Below the pieces are notes generated by a model. The model ran no database searches and was not told the origin of the DNA. It saw only the letters and a list, made by a program, of their open reading frames with translations. Position numbers and translations under genes: made by a program. Positions 12,519 to 25,885 of a DNA stretch of 64,000 nucleotides are shown piece by piece. The stretch covers positions 530,680 through 594,679 of the forward strand of contig NMRA01000221.1 of the NCBI GenBank assembly GCA_002633005.1. The letters run 5' to 3'. The stretch is from Phoronis australis. Its lineage: Eukaryota; Animalia; Phoronida. Within the stretch, counting starts at the first letter, position 1; each line of letters starts with the position of its first letter.

Positions 12519-14600
12519 AGTTCCGCGAGCGGCTTGCAATGACCCTGTTCTACCATAGATTATAGGGACTGCCAACTCCCGTCAGAGCGCGTCGAACATG
12601 TTGCAGACCAAGGGAAATAAGCACTGACGACGAGAGGGCGCTGCAGACGCAGGATAGAAAACTTCTGATTTTTCGGATGGGCAGTCACTTTTTTCAAGGT
12701 TTGGTTAAGTAAATAGTCGAATTGCTCAATTTTCGAAATTTTTAAGACTTGAAAAAATAAAATGGGTATATTGTTCTCCGTCATGTCATTTACAAACATT
12801 CAAAAGATAATTCGGCCATGTTATGAGTTATTAGCGCCACAAACGTCTTCAGTTGATCTTCCCGCGTAACCTTGTTTACAATTTCAGTCTCATCAGCTGA
12901 TTTTTTGAAGCAAGTAGTGTTAGTGTTTGTTTGAATTCAGAACCGTACGAATCAACTTATAAAAATAAACAAAACTGGTTCAATACACGACACTTGTCGC
13001 TGTTAGCAATCTTTATTCCATTCCGTGTGTATCCTCGGAACAAGTTCGACACTCAACAGAACAGTGCTAAAGCAACTGTCCAAGACACATGACTAAAAGA
13101 CACACGGTATTTCGAAACAAACTTGTTTCATTATCAAGTGGAAATAAAAAGACGCAGTAATATCACCACAGAGCAAAAGCTAGTAAAATACCCAGTGGGA
13201 CACAGCAGGTGGGAAATATTGCAGACTGAAAAATGGAGGGGCAGGGTTAATAGGAATACCGCGCAAACAAACGCAGCGTAATCCTGTTTGCCCTTTATTT
13301 AAAACAGACTTCTCGAATGCTATCAAAAGGTACAGCAATACTTTCAATCGCAACACATTGTGCTCTACGTATCGAATTGACGTGTTCTCCAATTTCTTGA
13401 CAAGTGACAGTTATGACTATGAAGATAGGCATGCCCATTAAGACTTAATGTTCATTTCTCTCTTTCAGTGTCTGAACATGCTCTTCTCCCAGGCTTTTTT
13501 AAAAAATGAGCAAATTTTCAGTATCGCCGCACTGAACGTGAATATTCACTTGTCAAAATAGAATCAGTTCCAGTATTGAGTAGAGGAGAAATAACCTGCG
13601 ATTGAATCAAAGAAGTGAAATTTTGAAAGGGCCTAACTGGTATTTTCTTTAACGAGTATCTATGGTTCTAGTAACCTTATGAAGATATTAGGCTTACGTT
13701 AACGTGTATAAGCGTAATTTCAAATTTTTACTATTTGCGTACAGTCGTATACTGGTTTACAATTTACAACATGCACCGCTGAGATGCTTTTTAGGTAACA
13801 CTTTGTTTTTTCAAACTGTATTTACTGAGGAAATTGCATATTCGTGGCCTTCTCGCACTCTCCCCCAAATAGCTTGAATCTGCCATTTACTGAAGAGCAG
13901 ACGGTTACACTCTGCCAGGACCAAGACGATTTGTAACACTGAAATGGATTTGGTAGCGCTGTTTTTTTTTTTTTCTGACTTTAGCTTTCAAACTTGCAGA
14001 ATCGACTCTCTTAATTGCAAAAATAGGGAAAAACCAGTCAAGCTCATACTGGTTGGTCCTGCGAGTCGGAGCTTGTTCCATGTTTAGATCTTGTCGAGCT
14101 TGTGTAAACTGTACTGTCACAAGTCGAGAAGGTCGTAGGTCGAGGGCGCTTAGAACAATCTGTAAAGTAAAAATAAGTGTGCCCATACTTCCAGTGAAGG
14201 GTGAGATAAACTTCCATCATTTACGAGCACGACTAGCGGTCACATTTGTCATTTTTATGAGCTTCAAGGCTTACTACACTGTACCCACGGTTGACCTGGT
14301 GGGGCTGTTAGTGTAGGCCCGCATCTCCTATCAACACGACCATGTACCCATCAGGACGTCGTTTTAGGGCTTGAGGGAACACTTTCCTTCGAATATTTTG
14401 GTTGCCCCCTCTCTTGACATTCTAGATCCACAAGTGTATACTACTTAAAAACTTTGTTGATGGATTTAACCTAAATTTGATAATTCGGAAATTAAAAGAA
14501 CCAGTTCGTTAATTTATTTGGTTTAACTATTCTTGGTGACATATAGTTTACATAAACAATTTACTGAGGAAAGCAAGCAGTGTCTACCATATGCTCTTAA

Positions 14601-14760
14601 CAAGGGCGGATTCAGTATTTTCAGTTAGGGGAACCAGGACGGAGTATTAGCCAGGAGTTTGCTCATCAGACATTCGCACCCCCGAACTACCAAACGGGAC
14701 CTGGGAAAATTTTAGGGGCGGGGGGCATGGCCCCCTTGGCCCCTCTCAAATCCGCCACTG
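14601..14760. mobile_element. Short non-autonomous DNA element (CAAGGGCGGATT...AATCCGCCACTG) with 5-bp TSD
   Basis: Imperfect TIRs, flanked by CTTAA on both sides. Confidence 0.7.
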
Positions 14761-17529
14761 CTTAATAGCAGAACTTTTCCACCTTTGCAGCTACGAAGAC
14801 TGTACATAATAGTTTTGTATTGCCTCATATTAGTTATGACATATTGAAATTCCAGAAAACATATTGTTAGACTGATCACATCTAGTTATCGTAATGCCCG
14901 TAAGGATTTTCTATTTATGACTACGAAGATACTCAAAATTATGGACTTATGTGTGAACACGTTCATAACCACCTGCTTTCATACATTTAACATTTAACAT
15001 AGTTACCCACGGGTTTGTTCAACAACATTATACTAGCCAGAATGTCATCTGTCCTTTGCAAAAGAGTTAGTCTACAATGTCTTAACAAATCATTGTGTGT
15101 CAGTTTTTTACTCAATTATTAATTTATGTTATTAATTATTTTACAAATGCGTGTTATGAAAGTTATAATCTTGAGTGGATCTTTCCCAAGTGCATGGTAT
15201 GTAATTATTTTTAAAAATTCTCTAGTTCAGTTTTTAACGTATATTGCCGCTTCATTGACATTGACCTTAGATTCATTATACCGGGGCGGAAATAACCAAG
15301 CCAGTTGTTGAGCGTGCTGCGATTTTAAATAATTACTAGTGATGTACACTGGGAAGTCATTACGCGATCGCGAGCGTTTCTTAGATGTTGTATAAAAATA
15401 TTGGTTATCGGCAATGTGGTTGATACAAAGGTATATCGGGCAATACAGACTGTAACACGCCCTAGATATAATACGACAGCGATTTTGGTGCATCTGGACA
15501 TTGGCTTGAAGCCAATAACGAGTACATCGCAGACGTCACGAAATTCGGCTTTTTTGCAAAGCGCTATGGGAAAGTGAAATTGTTTTGTTATTTGCTATCG
15601 GGTGAGTACAATGAGGCACCAGCCTATATCTGAGAATGTGTAGACAACAAGTGTTAAATTGCAATCAAAAGACCACAGTGGTCATCCAGTGTACAATTGG
15701 ATAGGAAAGGTAGTTTAGAAAGTCGGACTATTTTGAACTTGTCTTTTTTGAAGACGTAGATTGCTGCCTTTGTAATATCTTATAGACATGACAGTTAGAA
15801 TTTGATGGGTTGAGATTTGGAAGCGGGTTTGAGACAATCTTCGGAGCAGTTGTTGGAGTTATACCACAATATAGCGTGCTATTGTTGTTATAATATTCAA
15901 AGCCGGTCTTTTACTAGTTTGATATTGACGTCGTTCAAACAACAACCGTTAAATGTGTTACAAAAGGTCATGTCCGCTAGTCGAAATAAGTTTTGAGAAC
16001 ACTTAAAACTCCAACGAACTTGACAACAAGACCATGACCGTTTCTTCGGATAAACCGGTTGTCTTCATTATCTTGAGTTTTTTGACAATCGCACATTAAC
16101 AAAATGTTAACACTGTTAGTTGATAAAATGTTGGTCGGATAAAAGTGAAAATACTGAATAACCAAAAGGAAATAAACAAAACAATACAACGTGTGTTTAC
16201 GACTTCAATTCGGTGGCATTATCAACGAGTTAATGAAATGTGTAAAACCAGTTCGGTCAAAACTCTACCAAAACGAGGATTCACTTTACAATTTATCGTT
16301 TCTTCTCAGTTTTATCAGAGCTCATTTCAGATTTTACAAATTTGAATTTTCGGTCCCTTCAAGGAATTTCTTGGCCGCAAGCCGGCCTATTTACGTGATC
16401 TTCTCTAGTTCCATTATGTGAAATGGATTCAGGGATGCGGTCTACAAAGCAACTCTCTCGCAAGAAGCCTATAGTGAAAAATCTTGGGCTTCGTCTGAAG
16501 GATTATCTAAAAGTACTTTGAAAGTGGTGTGCCTTCAGATCCCGGTAGAGGAGACCCGGGGGCCAAATTTCTGGCCGCCTTTTACTCAGACTAATTTTAA
16601 ACTTAAGAACAACTTAATACAATTGATGACAATCACTCCCCGTTTACTTCACAAAATTGACATCCATTCTCACTCACTCCATCTTTCCATTACTTTAAAC
16701 CATAAGTTTGTCATTACGCTGAAACGGCGGCCATTTTGCGCTAGAAATTAATATCGTGGGCTTAACAGCGGCTGAATATTGCGTGATCTCGCCGAAGTCA
16801 TAAAACACTGTATCCTTACTGCGAGAGTCACTCGAATGTGTTCGCCGACAAAATGGGACCCTTTGCCCGGTGTCTTGAGGCAATCCCTAATAGGGGCTCG
16901 ATTAAGTTCCCTAAATCTACTGCAAACATGTATTTGTGGAAGTGCGAAAATACCAATTGTCTTTTCTTGTAATGTTTTAGTTTCATTACTACTAAATCGA
17001 GAGTAAAATCTACCTTGAATTATTGTAATATTTTTATGCAGTGTCCCTGATTTAAGGACTACATCCCACATTACTTGAGCTCGGTTTTATTTATTTTATT
17101 AGAAAATGTCGCTAGTCAAAGATGAGCTCATATTAAAGATCAAACGATAGAAAAACATCACTGCTGTGAGTAAAGAAAAACAAAAATATAGGCAAAAAAT
17201 TTAAAGAACTTGGATGAGTCCCTTTTTGGGACTGTTTCATGCAACGCGGCAATGGTTTCTATGAGCGTGCTCATGCCATAAACTATACGGAGTGGTCGAC
17301 AGAGATAATGACAATGCGTGGATCTGCCTAGTTTTCTATCAAATACTTTTACTAACGAGATCTTATTCCACGGTAGGCCCAAAATAATTGGTTCTGCTCA
17401 ATCAATGCGGTGACTTTGGGGTAGTTTTGGCTCACCTTGTTCCAGCTGAAATGTCAGGGACAATGTCGCTTTTTTACCCATCAAATGCTAGGTTTTGGGC
17501 GCTGGAACAAAATGAATGGCGCGGAGACC

Positions 17530-17800
17530 AGAGGCTGGGATCTAATCCTTTTACTCAAAATTGAACTCGACATTGTCTTTAACATTCTCCGTTCGACTTG
17601 AGTGTGAACTTAAGATAAATATCTATTATTCTGCGCGCAAGTACTGTATACTCTCGGTTTAAGTGGATGTAAATGTAATCTTATTTGGCACATGATGACC
17701 CCAGCATAAAGCCACAAGTTCGAGTCAGAACTCGGAATTTCGAGATTTTTCTCGAAATTTGGAACTTTCACTCGAGTTTGTAGCTCGAATCTAGGGGTCA
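17530..17800 (-). repeat. Interspersed repeat (~270 bp), copy 1
   Basis: Reverse complement aligns by eye with 30688-30955 (ccctagattcgagc...atgctggggtcat...ttatcttaag...gttcaattttgagtaa); partial copy at ~19547-19650. Confidence 0.75.
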
Positions 17801-18274
17801 TCAAATGTGAAGTTGGAAAAGATTCAAGCTTAGAATTATAGACAATTTTGTAAAAGTCGTATTTGTAGAGAACGGTGACGTATAGCTCGATTTCGAATAA
17901 AAATTAGAGCCCGGCCTAAAACTAATTATTCTATTTTTGCCTTTATCCGTTTTGTGTCATCGGCGTTCCCATGGTGCACGCACTCCTACGTACTTATACA
18001 TTTACCGTCAGGGGTGCTTTAGACCCAAGTCAATCGCGAGTGACGCTAATGCGATTAGGTGCTAATGGCAATATGTCGCGAGGGCTCGCCTTTCTCGTAA
18101 GAAACTTTGGTTGATGTCAATGCGCTGCCAAAGTCCATTCCAAAGACCCAAAGACAGTCTCGAGCAAGCTAGTGAGGTCATGTGCTTCGCTTGTAATACG
18201 TGCTTGGCGTTATTTCGCGAAGACTTGTGTGTCTGTGTTTTCTCGAGATTTCTGCGTCTACGGTACGTACTGCC

Positions 18275-18422
18275 TCCCGTTCAGTAACACTGGGACCTCG
18301 CTAAAAAGCAAGACTTCGCGAGATTACGAGAGATATTACCTTGTATTTTTAATGAGAACACATGACTTTGGCTAGGTTTAAGCTAGGTCCTAGCGTAGGT
18401 CCTAGCGTAACTGACTGCACGC
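18275..18422. mobile_element. MITE family with GTTCAGTAACGCTAGGACC-type ends, copy 1
   Basis: Near-identical to 21958-22106 (aaaaagcaagacttcgcgagattacg...gctaggtcctagcgtaggtcctagcgt); inverted copy at ~24130-24290. Confidence 0.8.
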
Positions 18423-19396
18423 CAGGTCATTCTGTGATTCCACATGTGATCTTAAAAGATTCTGCTTTCTTTCCTAGTTTCTTTGGGTTCTTTGGCGACA
18501 ATGATAAGTAAAATGTGCCAAGGTGAACATAACTCAAACTATATTATCCCATAAAACACGTTAGCAGTTGCTCGGAAGTCTTTCAACAGCAAATCTTCAA
18601 TTTCTTTACTTAAATATGTTTTATTTCGCGTGTTTTCATAAAGCTGCGATACCATTGACAGTCGACCTCCATGTTGAACCACGTGACCGTCATGACGTAG
18701 GCCTATATGAACAATTACTCGCAAGGTCCCTTTACTCGTCGCAAATGTGCGTAAATTTAGTGCTCACAAATGACACCTGAAAACGTAGTAGTCGGGTAAC
18801 AATTATCCCCACCCCCAAAAAACTGCTTTGTGTAATAGATATACATGTAGTTTCCTGATTATCGAGGTTTCAAAGCGGATTTGGAGAGGCAGCTGTGTAA
18901 TGATGTTTGGCCGAGATCACTCGTTAGAGACTGAACGAGGAAATCAATCGGATAATTAGACAAACACTAAAACCTCAAAAGCTTTTCAAAATAATTAAAG
19001 CTTTACGTTTAATGTCAATAAAAAGCAAACATGAAAGTCAAACTAGGAAGTCCAGAAAAAAATGAAGCCCAACCGGCTGTCTAGCAAAAAAAGCTCGATA
19101 TTGCTGAAAGCGTTGAACTTATCTCGCACGGCTGTACAACATTCGATTTCGCTCCCCAGTGCTGATTATTCATGCAGCGAGATGTGCTTCGGATGTTCTA
19201 ATCTCCCCTACACTCAAGAGAACATCTCTCTTGGCTTTTACGCCGCTTTCCAATTACAAACAGCTGATGTGGAAAGCTTGTCGGTTTAAACTAATCTTAC
19301 CGCTGGTGCAAGTCAACAACGTCAGGAAAAGTCGACTTCTAATAAGATCGCAAAAACGCAAAGGATTTTGCTGTATTACAGCTCAGGGCCAGGGTG

Positions 19397-19749
19397 CTAA
19401 TCTTTGTACTCGATATCGATCTCGAAATTATTTTTGCAATTTTCTATTACACGTTTGTGGGAGCTCAAGGGAGATGTCTATTATTGTGTGCCCTACTGCA
19501 TTACGGTTTATTCATATGCGTTTCAAGCCCAAGTTTGTACTTGGTGACCCCTAAGTTTGAGTACGAAATCGAATAAAAACTCGAGATTTCGAAAAAAACT
19601 CGAGATTTTGAGTTCAGACTCGATGTTTTAGACTTTATGCTGGGGGACTGCCAAGAACAGAAAAATAGAAACTTACCGTGAGTTCTCACAAAAGTAGACA
19701 AGAAAATGGCTACAATAATTTCCACTTGGATTTCATGTACAAATATTAG
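19397..19749. repeat. Diverged inverted repeat (foldback/MITE) arms 19397-19487 and 19658-19749
   Basis: Arms are reverse complements by eye; the mirror ORFs LIFVLDIDLEIIFAIFYYTFVGAQG (+) and LIFVHEIQVEIIVAIFLSTFVRTHG (-) reflect this. Confidence 0.7.
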
Positions 19750-19866
19750 ACTCCGAGCGAAATCTATTAAGTTAAAGAAGTCAAAAGTACCCAACAATAA
19801 TCCTAAAAATGCAAATTCGGCCTTGACCTATTGTACGACACCTATGTCTACCCTGATGGAGCTTAA

Positions 19867-21515
19867 AGGCGAATGCCACCCGTTTTAATTAGTCTTTTTA
19901 CCGTCTTAATCGGTCTATATCTACATCGCCTCTTATACGGTAGACCTCACCTTGCCGAGATTTGTCGTGTTAACCTGTGAGGAAGGTGGACGTCAGTGGT
20001 TCGTCTGCAGAGTGAATGCCGCTATATTGCGGTGCATCGTGCCCGCTTTTCCGAACTACATGTATATGAAGCTGCGAAGAAAGCGGGTATGTCGTTTTTT
20101 CGACTTCCTCGAGAGCCCGAAATGCTTAGGAAGTGGCTCGCGGTAGTGAAGAATGAAAGTTACGCTGTTAATAGGAAGTATGAGGCCGTGAAACATCTCC
20201 ATGTCTGTGGCCGGTATTTCGTTGACAATGATTTCTCTGACGAATTCCGGCTTACCAAAGAACTATCCATCCGTTCCGTTGCCTGTGCATCAGTGTTCAC
20301 GGCGCCTCGTCTCTCTTGATCAGTGTATTCCGGTTCGAAATGATATTCTGTGGAACCTAACGATCCTACCCGTGAAGTCTTCGTCGGATGAGCTCTTGAC
20401 TAAGTCGGGATTGGCTCCGGGCGAGTTCAGTTGCCATGTAGACGTTTCTTATTCTGCGTTCTGTTTCAAAATGAATTATTCTCATCCTAACCAATGCTTA
20501 TATAAAACTGAAACAAAGCCTATCTTATTAGATACAATTTGTAATGTCTTGGAGTGCTCGTGAGTGCAAATGTTTGAGAAGCCAGCAATGAATAAACCAC
20601 TGCCTTACCGGCTTTTGATGCCGGCAACAAAGTAATTGGGGCACCGAGCGCATGCTAATTCAGTGTTGGCTGACAGAAAGCTGTTGTGAAACAATTACTC
20701 GATTTTATATGATATGGTCACATGTTAGGGGAATCTTTATTTAGAAATACAAATACATTATTCAAATCGTTGTTACTGTACAACCTTTGCCCTGACGGTC
20801 TGTGGAAGTGGAACGTGACTTGGCGGCCCCCGACAGTAAGTAGATTTTCAGTTTCGTGGCTAATTCAGATAAATAATTACGTACACATTATTCCTTCGGC
20901 TCACTATTATAGTCTTTTCGTGACTGGAGGTTTAGTTTCCAACTCAAGCTGGTCTATGTTCGTGGCAGTCCCGGCGGCCGCGACGGGCCTCATCTGGGTC
21001 CGAGCCACTGGCCGGGATAACAAGCGTTTTGTGTGTTTAGAACGAAAAAAATCACAAGTATTAACAATACAGATCTAGGTTTTCTTGTCTGTATTCTACG
21101 GAAGAATATATGAATTTATCTCCGAACAGACCCCAAACTCCCGGCTGCTACGGCCCTTGGTAAATTGGCCTGCCGAACTTTGTAGGCTATGGTGTGTCCA
21201 AATACCAGTAAATGCGTAACAGAGAAATAAAACAACACGTTTTTATAAGAACTCGGTGTATTTTTAAGGGTTTTACATCGAAGTTTGATGATTTATTGGT
21301 GTTAAACGATGAATACAAGCAATAAGCCGACACCACTAACCCGTGTTTTGAACTGCTGAAAAGACTGCGTGTGAAACCAATTACGTCATTGGATGATTTC
21401 AACACCTCCGTCTGCCGTCAGGTGTCAGGTTGCGCAACCTAACGTGCCGTTTACGAGTAGAACTACTCGATCTAAATTGATACAAAATATATTGTTTGTT
21501 GGGTGGCGTTCTCCT
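19867..21515 (+). mobile_element. Kolobok-type non-autonomous DNA transposon carrying a decayed THAP domain
   Basis: TTAA|AGGCGAATGCCACCC at the left end and GGGTGGCGTTCTCCT|TTAA at the right (15-bp TIR, 2 mismatches, TTAA TSD). Inside, frameshifted MPLYCGASC..GMSFFRLPREPEMLRKWLAVV..HLHVCGRYFVDNDF (~20016-20240) is a THAP zinc finger with the final His replaced by Tyr. Confidence 0.85.
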
Positions 21516-21957
21516 TTAATGGAATTTTCAGGTGTTTTTATTGAGGAGAGTACGACGGACGTGGCTTTTGGTTGGAATCTGCGGAGTACCCTGGCGGAAA
21601 AATTGTTTTCTTTTCTTTGAGTTTGTCTTGATATTTAATCAATTTTTTTATGGACGTTTATGAACTAGGTTTTTTTACAGATTTGACCTACGTTGCGCCC
21701 CCTAGTGGCGTTATGTGTTTGATCTTTTTCACCCGCCTCCGTATCCTCCAAACTGCGTGAACAATCATGATGAAAAGTAGCAGATGTGTTCATATTGCCG
21801 GCCGTTGCTGATTTATTTTTCACCTCGTAGAATTTACTGACATTGCTCCTTTTATTGGAAATGTTTAAAAGGCTGACCATCTGTTATATCGGCGCTGTAT
21901 GCGATGCGCAGAGTAGACGCATATCAACGATCCGTGCTACATTCTGTTTAACCAGCC

Positions 21958-22106
21958 TTCTGTTCAGTAACGCTAGGACCTCACTAAAAAGCAAGACTTC
22001 GCGAGATTACGTGAGATAGTGCCGGGCATTTTAAATGAGAGCACGTGACTTTGACTGGGTTTTAGCTAGGTCCTAGCGTAGGTCCTAGCGTCTACTGAAC
22101 GCACGC
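21958..22106. mobile_element. MITE family with GTTCAGTAACGCTAGGACC-type ends, copy 2
   Basis: TIR gttcagtaacgctaggacc / ggtcctagcgtctactgaac; matches 18275-18422. Confidence 0.8.
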
Positions 22107-24129
22107 TAGCTAAACTTTAAGTATAGTATCGGAAGAGCTGCCTTGAACTCTCTGTTGCCTTGAGGCCTTTAATGACAGTCGTGAGCTTTCAATGAAATAA
22201 TAGTGATTAAAAATATGTCTCTTGTCGCTGACACAATCGATAACCTTGTAGCAGATAATTAGCCTATCAAAATGGTTTAGAGGACGTGATATTTCGTCTT
22301 ATAGACATTTGATTTCGTGTCTTTAACGCGATGCAAGTTATACTGTATACACGTACGCTGTTTAACAAAACAGGATGTCCCAAAATGTGTTCACCCGTTA
22401 AATGGCAATGGCTGCTTGTCTATTGGCTTAGAAAGAAGATTCCTAGATTAAATTCATAAAGATGTGATCAAAAACGGTGCTTCTTATAGTAATCGCAGAG
22501 AGCTACAAAGCAGTAACACAACTTCCCCCCAAATTATTTTTTATACTCAGACAACACTCATCTGAAACTTAGGCCTGGAACGTGAGAAAACAGACTAAAT
22601 TGCATTATTCAAATGTAAGCAAACCAATGGCGACGTCAAGCAGCAGCTGATTAAGGGGTAATTGATGTGAGTCCTAACTTTTTAAAATTAGTTATAACAG
22701 TCTCGTGGCATTCAAATATATTCTAAAATGCAATTGGAATTATTTTGGGAAAATTGCTTGCTTTACGGACTTGCTTCATGTTGTGCTGTCGACTTCAGAT
22801 TTGGAGTGCAGTCACACTTTGTTCGTAAGTGGGAGGCAGGTTACTAGAAACTCTGTGGTGACTACAGTTCTCCTTCGCCGGTACTTCAAATCTCGTGAAT
22901 TTTATTGGTTTTTTCGAAATTCCCTCACATGGGAAAGTGAATAACTCTGTAGTAGACGGTGCGAGATGGTATTTTTTTCTGGAATTGTTTAAAAGATATA
23001 TTTTTACGAACTTTCTTGTTCCACGCCTCTTTAAACAGTTGTTCGAAGCCTTTTCACCCATTAACAATTCTTAGATTTGTTTTCATGATTACTTTAATTT
23101 GCTTTTATTTTCGGAAAATCAGACCTTCAACTTCCCCGTTGAACCACCTGGCCATCAGGTAATTAAGTTATCCCCAAACAACTTCGTAGGTTAAGTTATA
23201 ATTCGACAGGGGATGTCATCTACGGCGCTGCTGATGTTTTGGACCTATGCTTACGATTCTGAAGTACATGTACGCATGCCCAAGTGACAAATTTCTTGTT
23301 CCGCCACATTACTTACGTGTTCACAAGTTAGCTGTGATGTCTCTGGCTGTTTAAGAGCCGACAACCGACCCTCGATGCATTTGAAAAACGACTGCTGGAC
23401 CGTAGGTGAAATCCCTGAATTACCAGGTTATCGGTGGATAAGCCATTTAAAAATGCGTACTTTGTATAGTTACGCTGGGATCATTAATATTGAGACTAAG
23501 GGTGGAATTCAATAGGTTAATTAATTAGACACTCAAACGTAACCTTTTCAAAAATTGTTTTCGTAATACAACCAACCAAACGTTTACGTGAATGCCAAGC
23601 TATTTCTGGAAGACCAGAGAGAAATGAAAACCCACTCGGCTGTCTGGTAAGTCCCGAGCAAGCTCGACGTTTCTAGAAATTTTCAGCACCACACACCGCC
23701 TGCGTTACATTAAGTGTAATGCTTTGGTACAGTTACTTTAGTCACTCGAGGGCGCTGCCAAGGAAAGACGTACATGCTCGTCTGATATATCGCAGCCCGA
23801 GTAGACCAACAACTCTGTCTGGCTAAACATCTCGGCCTCTTAACTCAGGTAAAACGAAGGCGCTGTACATTTAAATGCATGCCAGTATAACATCGTCTGT
23901 ATGTGTTGAGTGTGCGACTTTAATGCCCGAAGTTTCTTTGATTTTTCTTCGCCACGAGGGCTAGCCGTGCAGCCAGCCCGGGTTAACCTGGGTTGTATGT
24001 CTACTCGGACGTCAACAGCCATATCACTGCACAAACATTAGCGGATGAAGTCACAGCCTCGCTTTCAATTAACTTTAGCTGAATGTCTTTGAAGAGTCGC
24101 AAAAAGCCAACGACTTTTGGTTTTTCACG

Positions 24130-24290
24130 AACCAGTCCTAAGTCGTGAGTGTGACATCCAACTAGCCGGCAAAATCACGTGCTCTCATTTAAAATACACG
24201 GCAATACCTCGCGTAATCTCGCTGTTGACTTTTTGTGATGTCGCGAAGTCTTGCTTTCCTAGTTTGGTCCTAGCGTTATTGAACTTTACC
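24130..24290. mobile_element. MITE family with GTTCAGTAACGCTAGGACC-type ends, copy 3 (inverted)
   Basis: cacgtgctctcatttaaaat...cgtaatctcgc...cgcgaagtcttgcttt...ggtcctagcgttattgaac is the reverse complement of the 21958 copy. Confidence 0.7.
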
Positions 24291-25596
24291 CTGACCAGGC
24301 CGTTTGTTATACCCACGTTCGATTCCTTTACACAAGTGTTTGATAATTTTTATTGACGTCTGTCAGTTAAATGAAATGCGGTTATTGAATGTGATTTGCT
24401 CTAAAAAGAAAAAAATAACCATAACATGAGAAAATAACCAAAGTAAAAACAGACTTTCGGTCAGAGTCTTAAAGACACATTTATCGAATTTACAGCCGAA
24501 ACCCCATTTGCGATTATTGTAGGACGTGATAAACTTCCTGCCTTTATTAACTTTGACCAGCGCTATAAAACAGCACAGCCGTTGTGTTTTCGTGGTTTGT
24601 TACAAACTGCCAATTGTCGTCGTTGTCAGCCAGATGTTCGCTAAAATCAATGCCAATAACTTTGGCAGTGAAACACGATTAAAATACATTGCCATTTACG
24701 GAGAAGTGTTGCTTCACCAGCAGAACGTTACTAATGTGTGTCCATAGGAGCGCTAGTTGTTGCTGAAGCCGACAATGCCGCGTTAGCCGAGGACCTAATT
24801 ATATACCATTAGATGGTTGAGCTCTGCTCACTTCATACATTCTTCTGTTGATGTCAACAAAACATCAAAATAATGCGTGCGCCATTTCTGAATGATGAGG
24901 TCAAAGATGGGCCAGACACTCTTCGCACGATATTATTCAGTGCCAGAAAGGTTGAAAGTATGTTGCACCGACTACTCAGGGAAAGAATTTTTCTACAAAC
25001 AGCACTTCCTAGAATAAACTCAGTGAAGAAGTTCTAAGGATAATTATATTCTCTGACGAGATTTTCGAGAATTAATGAGGACAAATTTAATTCAGAATGC
25101 GGCTATAATCCCTGTCAGGCGCCATCAGTCTACAGAGTAGGAGAGTTTCGTTTAAATTACTTCGGAGTGATCCCATTTACTTTGAAAGCCGCGATTAAAA
25201 CGACTCAGATCTAGAGTAGATATGATAGCGCACTGCGTAAATCATCATCTGTAACCTCCATTTCAGGCTTAGGCAAGATTTGTTATTGACTTACTACCCG
25301 CTTTCGAACCTCAAATTAAACACAGTTGCGTGTATGTAATATGCAAAAAATGTAACTGCGGCTCGTGCATAGGCCCTGATACGTCATTGATAAGACAAAT
25401 ATGAAGAACTAAAATGCAAAACTCGAATAATGTCAATTTTGTTTAGAAAAAACAATTCAGTGACTCCTATTTTCGTATGTTCTGACACATTATATCCATG
25501 TTGATCCTTTATTTCCATTTTTCACGCGTTGTCGGGCTAGATCCATTATTTTAGGTTTAACGATAATTTGTATTTCAAACAAATGGTTCAAGACGC

Positions 25597-25885
25597 TTTG
25601 ATCCATTATACTGATAATTGATGGACATACTTTGTCGAGAGTTTTGATCCATTATACTGATAATTAATAGATATACTGTGTCGAGAGTTTTGATCCATTA
25701 TACTGATAATTAATAGATATACTGTGTCGAGAGTTTTGATCCATTATACTGATAATTAATGGACATACTGTGTCGAGAGTTTTGATCCATTATACTGATA
25801 ATTGATGGACATACTGTGCCGAGAGTTTTGATCCATTATACTGATAATTAATGTACATACTGTGTCGAGAGTTTTTATCCATTAT
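25597..25885. repeat. 46-bp tandem repeat, about 6.3 copies
   Basis: Unit TTTTGATCCATTATACTGATAATTAATAGATATACTGTGTCGAGAG; GATCCATT recurs at 25600, 25646, 25692, 25738, 25784, 25830 with no unique spacers. Confidence 0.95.

Noticed and set aside
21280-21620. Coding-looking stretch on the + strand
   Set aside because: Many stops, no recognisable motif, and it straddles the right TIR of the Kolobok-type element.
25597-25885. Regular 46-bp periodicity resembling a CRISPR array
   Set aside because: Whole units repeat with no unique spacers, there are no cas genes, and the context is eukaryotic.
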